A model generated the notes under the pieces. The model ran no database searches. It was given only the letters and a program-made list of their open reading frames with translations, and was not told the DNA's origin. Both the position numbers and the translations under genes were made by a program. This document shows positions 57,918 to 64,000 of a stretch of 64,000 nucleotides of DNA, piece after piece (position 1 is the stretch's first letter; each line of letters starts with the position of its first letter). Origin of the DNA: the human T2T-CHM13v2.0 reference genome, Homo sapiens; the NCBI RefSeq assembly GCF_009914755.1, contig NC_060941.1, one strand, 5' to 3'.

Positions 57918-58767
57918 TAGTAGAGACGGAGTTTTGCCATGTTGCCCAGGCTAGTCTCAAATTCCTGACCTCAGGAGATCTGCCTGGCTCGGCCTCTCAA
58001 AGTGCTGGGCTTGAGCCACCACTCCCGGCCTGTTTTAAATGTTTTAACTTGGGTTAAAGTGTTTCTATTTTAAGTGTTACATATGTCTATAGTCTATTTA
58101 ATTGCCTTACTTTGCAATAAGACACTGAAATAATTTATAGCTCTTTAAACTCCACTTTTAGGGGCTGGATACAGTGGCTCACGCCTATAATCCCAATGCC
58201 TTAGGAAGGCCAAGGTGGAGGGATCGCTTGAGGCCTGGAGTTCAAGCCTAGCCTGGCCAACATGGCAAGACTGCTACCCCCAACTATTATTATTCTGAGA
58301 CAGGATATCTCTCTGTTACCGAGGATGGAATGCAGTGGTGCCGTCAGAGCTCACTGGGACCTTGAACTCCTGGGCTCAAGGAATCCTGATGCCTCAGCCT
58401 CCTGTCTGTCTGGGGCTACCAGCATGTCCACACCTGACTAATTTTTGTATTTTTTTGTAGCAATGGGGTCTCACTATGTTGGCCAGGCTGGTACGGACTA
58501 CTGGCTTCAAGTGATCCTCCAGCCTCAGCCTCCCAAAGGGGTGAGATTATGGGTGTGAGCCACCCCACCTGGCCTAGTTATTTTTTAATTAAAATTATTA
58601 TTTAAATAATATTTATTTTTATTAGTGGCTCCGGAGTGCAATCCCAGAAACTCAGAAGGCTGAGGAGGGAGGATTGCTTGAACCCAGGAGTTCAAGACCA
58701 GTCTATCAACATAATGAGACCCAGTCTCTACCAAAAATAAATAAATAAATAATTAGTCGGGAGTCTA

Positions 58768-58938
<171 letters not shown>

Positions 58939-60541
58939 TTAAGTCCCCTACTTGTTGAAGACCGCCCATGATTGTCTGGTCTTAGACATTTTGAAATGGG
59001 ATGAAATGTATGTGCCTTAGCAGAAAGAACAAGCTTTAAAGTTAGACATATTTACATTTAAATCCTGGTTTGACCAGTTGCTTTTACATAAGCCTTAGTT
59101 TTCTCACCTATGAAGAAATAAGAATAAGAGATAATAATGCCCATTGTGATTTTTTTTTTCTTTTTGGTGAGAATCAAATGAGAATGTGTTATAGGGCCTG
59201 GCAGTTAGGTGTTCAAAACTGGGGGTTATTCTTGTGGTGATGCTGAACAGGGCTGTCTTTATACTTCCATTGCTCTGAGGGCCAGGACTTCTGGGGCCAG
59301 CTCTTGCCCTAAATTCCTGTGTGACCTTGGGCAAGTCCCATTTTCCTCTGAGGCCCAGTGACCCCATGTGTCCAATGCAAGCTGGAGAGGCCTCCAGCTT
59401 TGACACTCTCGTGATAACTCTCTACAGCCTTGCTGCTTAGAAGGTGGGCCTCAGACCCGCAGCAGAGGAGGCCTGGGAGTAGCTGCAGACTCTCAGACCC
59501 CACCCAGACCTACCCCAGACTCTGAATCAGCACCTGAACAAGGTTTCCAGGTGATTCTCATGCACGTTGCGGCCGAAAAGATTCTGCCCAACTGTTCCGA
59601 ATTAAACTGATTTGAAGTACCTTAGTTGACGAACCAAACCACCAGAATGATTGGGAATTTAGACATTTTGTTGACTCTAGGAATTAGGCATATCCTGACA
59701 GTTTAGAGACATTACTTTTCATTTCTGACTCCTCACATCTGAAAATATGGAATTTATTCATTCTGAATGTTTTATTTCTGGGGACAGCAGGTGCTCCCAG
59801 TGCATTTGCTGAATGAGTGATGAGCTGTGTATGGAGTTGGATATTCCTGTCTTTTGATTATCTGTTGTTAAATGATGACCTTTTGTTCCCACTCTGTTTC
59901 TGGAATCAGGCAGAAGTAATTTCCAGTCCCCTATCTGCCACTGATTAGCCATTCAGCTCCAGGCAAGTTACTTAAACCATTTGAACTGCAATTCACCCAT
60001 CTGAAGAAAGCAAGTAATAACCCCCTCTAGGATCCTTGTCAGGATTATGAGGTAATGGCTGAAAACACTCAGCCCAGCCCTAGAATATGGCAGCTGTTAA
60101 TGATATTACAAGAAGGAAATGTCATTACATCAAATAGTAGGTAATGGACAATGGTATTACATTATTATAGTTGTCATTGTTATTAATATCTTGGGGACAG
60201 ATTCAAATGGAGCTATAGGACAAAAAGTGCTTCTGGGCATTCTCCCTCAGTGATCAGATGACACCCAGGTTCCTGGAAGATGGTTCCCTCCAAGGTCTTT
60301 GATATTACTTCTGGTCTGGTGTCACACTTGGTCCACAGTGGCCCCTCACAGGCATGACCAAGCAAACACTCTTCTCCAAAGATGGCTTACAATCTGAGAG
60401 TCCTTGTACTTCTTACAAACATAGTCCCTCAGATGACTCCAAGTGGCCTTTGTAGTTGCACAGAGCTTTCTGGACTGGAAAGATGGCGGACAGGATGTTC
60501 TCCTACTTTTTATTTTATTGATTGATTGATTGATTGATTGA

Positions 60542-60700
<159 letters not shown>

Positions 60701-60752
60701 TAGTAGAGATGGGGTTTCTTCATGTTGGTCAGGCTGGTCTCGAACTCCCTAC

Positions 60753-61185
60753 TGTCTCATGCATCCATGTGACGAGACCACCAAACAGGCTTTGTGTGAG
60801 CAACAAGACTGTTTACTTCACCTGGGTGCAGGAGGGCTGAGTCCGAAAAGAGAGTCAGCAAAGGGCGGTGGGATTATCATTAGTTCTTATAAGTTTTGGG
60901 ATAGGCGGTAGAGTTAGGAGCAATGTTTCGTGGGCAGGAGGTGGATCTCACAAAGTACATTCTCAAGGGTGGGGAGAATTATAAAGAAGCTTCTTAAGAG
61001 TGGGGGAGATTACAAAGTACATTGATCAGTTAGGGTGGGGCAGAAACAAATCACAATGGTGGAATGTCATCAGTTAAGGCTATTTTCACTTCTTTTGTGG
61101 CTCTTCAGTTGCTTCAGGCCATCTGGATGTATACACGCAGGGCACAGGGGTTATGATGGCTTAGCTTAGGCTCAGAGGCCTGACA
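60753..61185 (-). mobile_element. HERV-H solo LTR (LTR7C-like) inserted into an AluS
   Basis: Minus strand starts TGTCAGGCCTCTGAGCC and ends ...ATGAGACA. TSD CCTAC / CCTAT at 60748-60752 and 61186-61190. The Alu resumes on both sides. Confidence 0.88.
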
Positions 61186-61852
61186 CCTATGTCAGGTGAT
61201 CTGCCACCTCGGCCTCCCAAAGTGCTGGGATTACAGGCTGAGCCACCATGCTTGGCCCTTATTTATTTATTTATTGAGACAGGGTCTCACTCTGTTGCCC
61301 AGGCTGGATTGCAGTGGCACAATCATGGCTTGTTGCTGCCTTGACCTCCCGAGCTCAAGCAATCCTCCTACCTCAGCCTCCTGAGTAGCTGGGACTAGAG
61401 GCTCATGACACCATGCCTGGCTAATTCTTAAATTTTTTTGTAGAGATGAGGTCTTACTATGTTGCCCAGGCTGGTCTCCAACTCCAGGGCTCAGCCTCCC
61501 ATCCCATGATGCTGCCTGTTTCTTGAGTCCAGGGGTCATGTTTGATGGGGAACTGAATGACTTCAGCTAAGTCATCTCTGTCAAGACCTGGAGTATTTTA
61601 TTTTAACCTCCAAAATCCAACACTAGTCCCATTCTGACCTGCACTCAAGAGCAGTGCTGAGTCAACTGAGCTCCTGGCCAGTCTGGGGGCTTGAGCTCCA
61701 TCCTGGTTGAGCACGACCAAGCCCTTAGAGTTATCAGACACCCTTGGCTATCTCTGGTCTGCACATCCTGAGCCCAGATTGCAGCAGCAATTGGCCTAGG
61801 CATTAACCTTGGGCACTGCCTGGAGATTGTTGGGCTGAGTCATAAAAGATGT

Positions 61853-62858
61853 TGTGGGGGAAATAAAGAGAAATCAGACTGTTATTGTATCTATTAGAAA
61901 AAGGAAGACATAAGAAACTCTATTTTGATCTGTACTAAGAAAAATTCTTCTGCTTTGAGATGCTGTTAATCTGTAGACCTAGCCCCAGCCCTGTGCTGGC
62001 AGATAACATGTGCTGTATTGACTCAAGGTTTAAGGGATTTAGGGCTGTGCAGGATGTGCTTTGGTAAAAATGTGTTTGCAGGCAGTATGCTTGGTAAAAG
62101 TCATCACCATTCTCCAGTCTCGAGTACACAGTGCACTGCGGAAGGCCGCAGGGACCTCTGCCCAAGAAACCCTGGGTGTTGTCCAGGTTTCCCCCCACTG
62201 AGACAGCCTGAGATATGGCCTCGTGGGAAGGGAAAGACCTGACCGTCCCCCAGCCCGACACCCGTAAAGGGTCTGTGCTGAGGAGGATTAGTGAAAGAGG
62301 AAGGCCTCTATGCGGTTGAGATAAGAGGAAGGCCTCTATGCGGTTGAGATAAGAGGAAGGCATCTGTCTACTGCTCGTCCCTGGGAATGGAACGTCTTGG
62401 TGTAAAACCCGATCGTACATTCTATTTACTGAGATAGGAGAAAACCGCCTTACGGCTGGAGGTGAGACATGCTGGCGGCAATACTGTTCTTTACTGCACT
62501 GAGATGTGTAAAGTCAAACATAAATCTGGCGTATGTGCACATCCAGGCACAGCACCTTTCCTTAAACTTATTTTTGACACAGAGTCCTTTGCTCACATGT
62601 TTTCCTGCTGACCCTCTCCCCACAATTACCCTATAGTCTTGCCACATCCCCCTCGCCGAGATGGTAGAGATAGTGATCAATAAATACTGAGGGAATTCAA
62701 AAACCAGTACTGGTGCAGGTCCTCACTTGCTGAGCGCTGGTCCCCTGGGCCCACTTTTCTTCCTCTATATTTTGTCTCTGTGTCTTATTTCTTTTCCCAC
62801 TCTCTTGTCTCCACCTTGCGAGAAGTACCCAGGGGTGTGGAGGGGCAGGCCCCCTTAA
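61853..62858 (+). mobile_element. HERV-K(HML-2) solo LTR, older LTR5A/B-like
   Basis: Starts TGTGGGGGAAATAAAGAGAAATCAG, has AATAAA near 62679, ends GCAGGCCCCCTTAA. TSD AGATGT / AAATGT (one mismatch). Confidence 0.9.
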
Positions 62859-63179
62859 AATGTGGCCACATGTTTTGAACAAAAAGTCATAAAAAAGATG
62901 TGGCCACATGTTTTGCACATTTGGGCTTAAAATCTCAGGGTCTTACATCTGCATATGACTAGGTGTGAGCTGGGTGGGGCGGAGGGGCGTCCTCTGTCGG
63001 GGTGTACATGGGGGCACCTTGTAGGGCAGTGCTTCAAGCCCAGAGATGTATCAAGAGATTTCTTTGACATCTTGGACAAGGATATGGACTTCTGCTGAGC
63101 ATACATGTCAGACGCTCACTCTTGGTTGCCTGCTTTACACCCATTCTGCTCCTATTCTGTGCTCACAGAACCACAATGA

Positions 63180-63945
<766 letters not shown>

Positions 63946-64000
63946 TTTTTCTTTTTCTTTTCTTTCTTTTATTTATTTTTTTTGAGACATAGTTTCGCTG

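Overview
This is hominoid (most likely human) intergenic DNA, extremely Alu-dense, with no intact protein-coding gene. Nearly all ORFs in the track are Alu, LTR or L1 by-products. Secure landmarks: an intact tRNA-Trp(CCA) gene in a CpG island (50315-50386); a full-length RPL17 processed pseudogene with target-site duplications (TSDs) (39037-39698); a full-length SVA (17428-18849); two HERV-K(HML-2) solo LTRs; two HERV-H LTR7-type solo LTRs; four MER4-group LTRs; MaLR elements; MADE1 and Tigger3a DNA transposons; and old L1M fragments. From memory, the tRNA matches human tRNA-Trp-CCA-2-1 at 17p11.2, between RNF112 and SLC47A1; this placement needs an alignment to confirm. Three observations stand out. 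(1) A CpG promoter with a poly-Leu signal-peptide-like first exon (37.5 kb) is followed by three decayed Ig-domain-like exon candidates (42.5-45.0 kb), possibly the fossil of a lost Ig-superfamily gene; this is inference. (2) The RPL17 retrocopy carries a 50-nt GT-initiated insert with an in-frame stop exactly at an exon junction, which looks like a retroposed 'poison' splice isoform. (3) There are several locally templated insertions and duplications.
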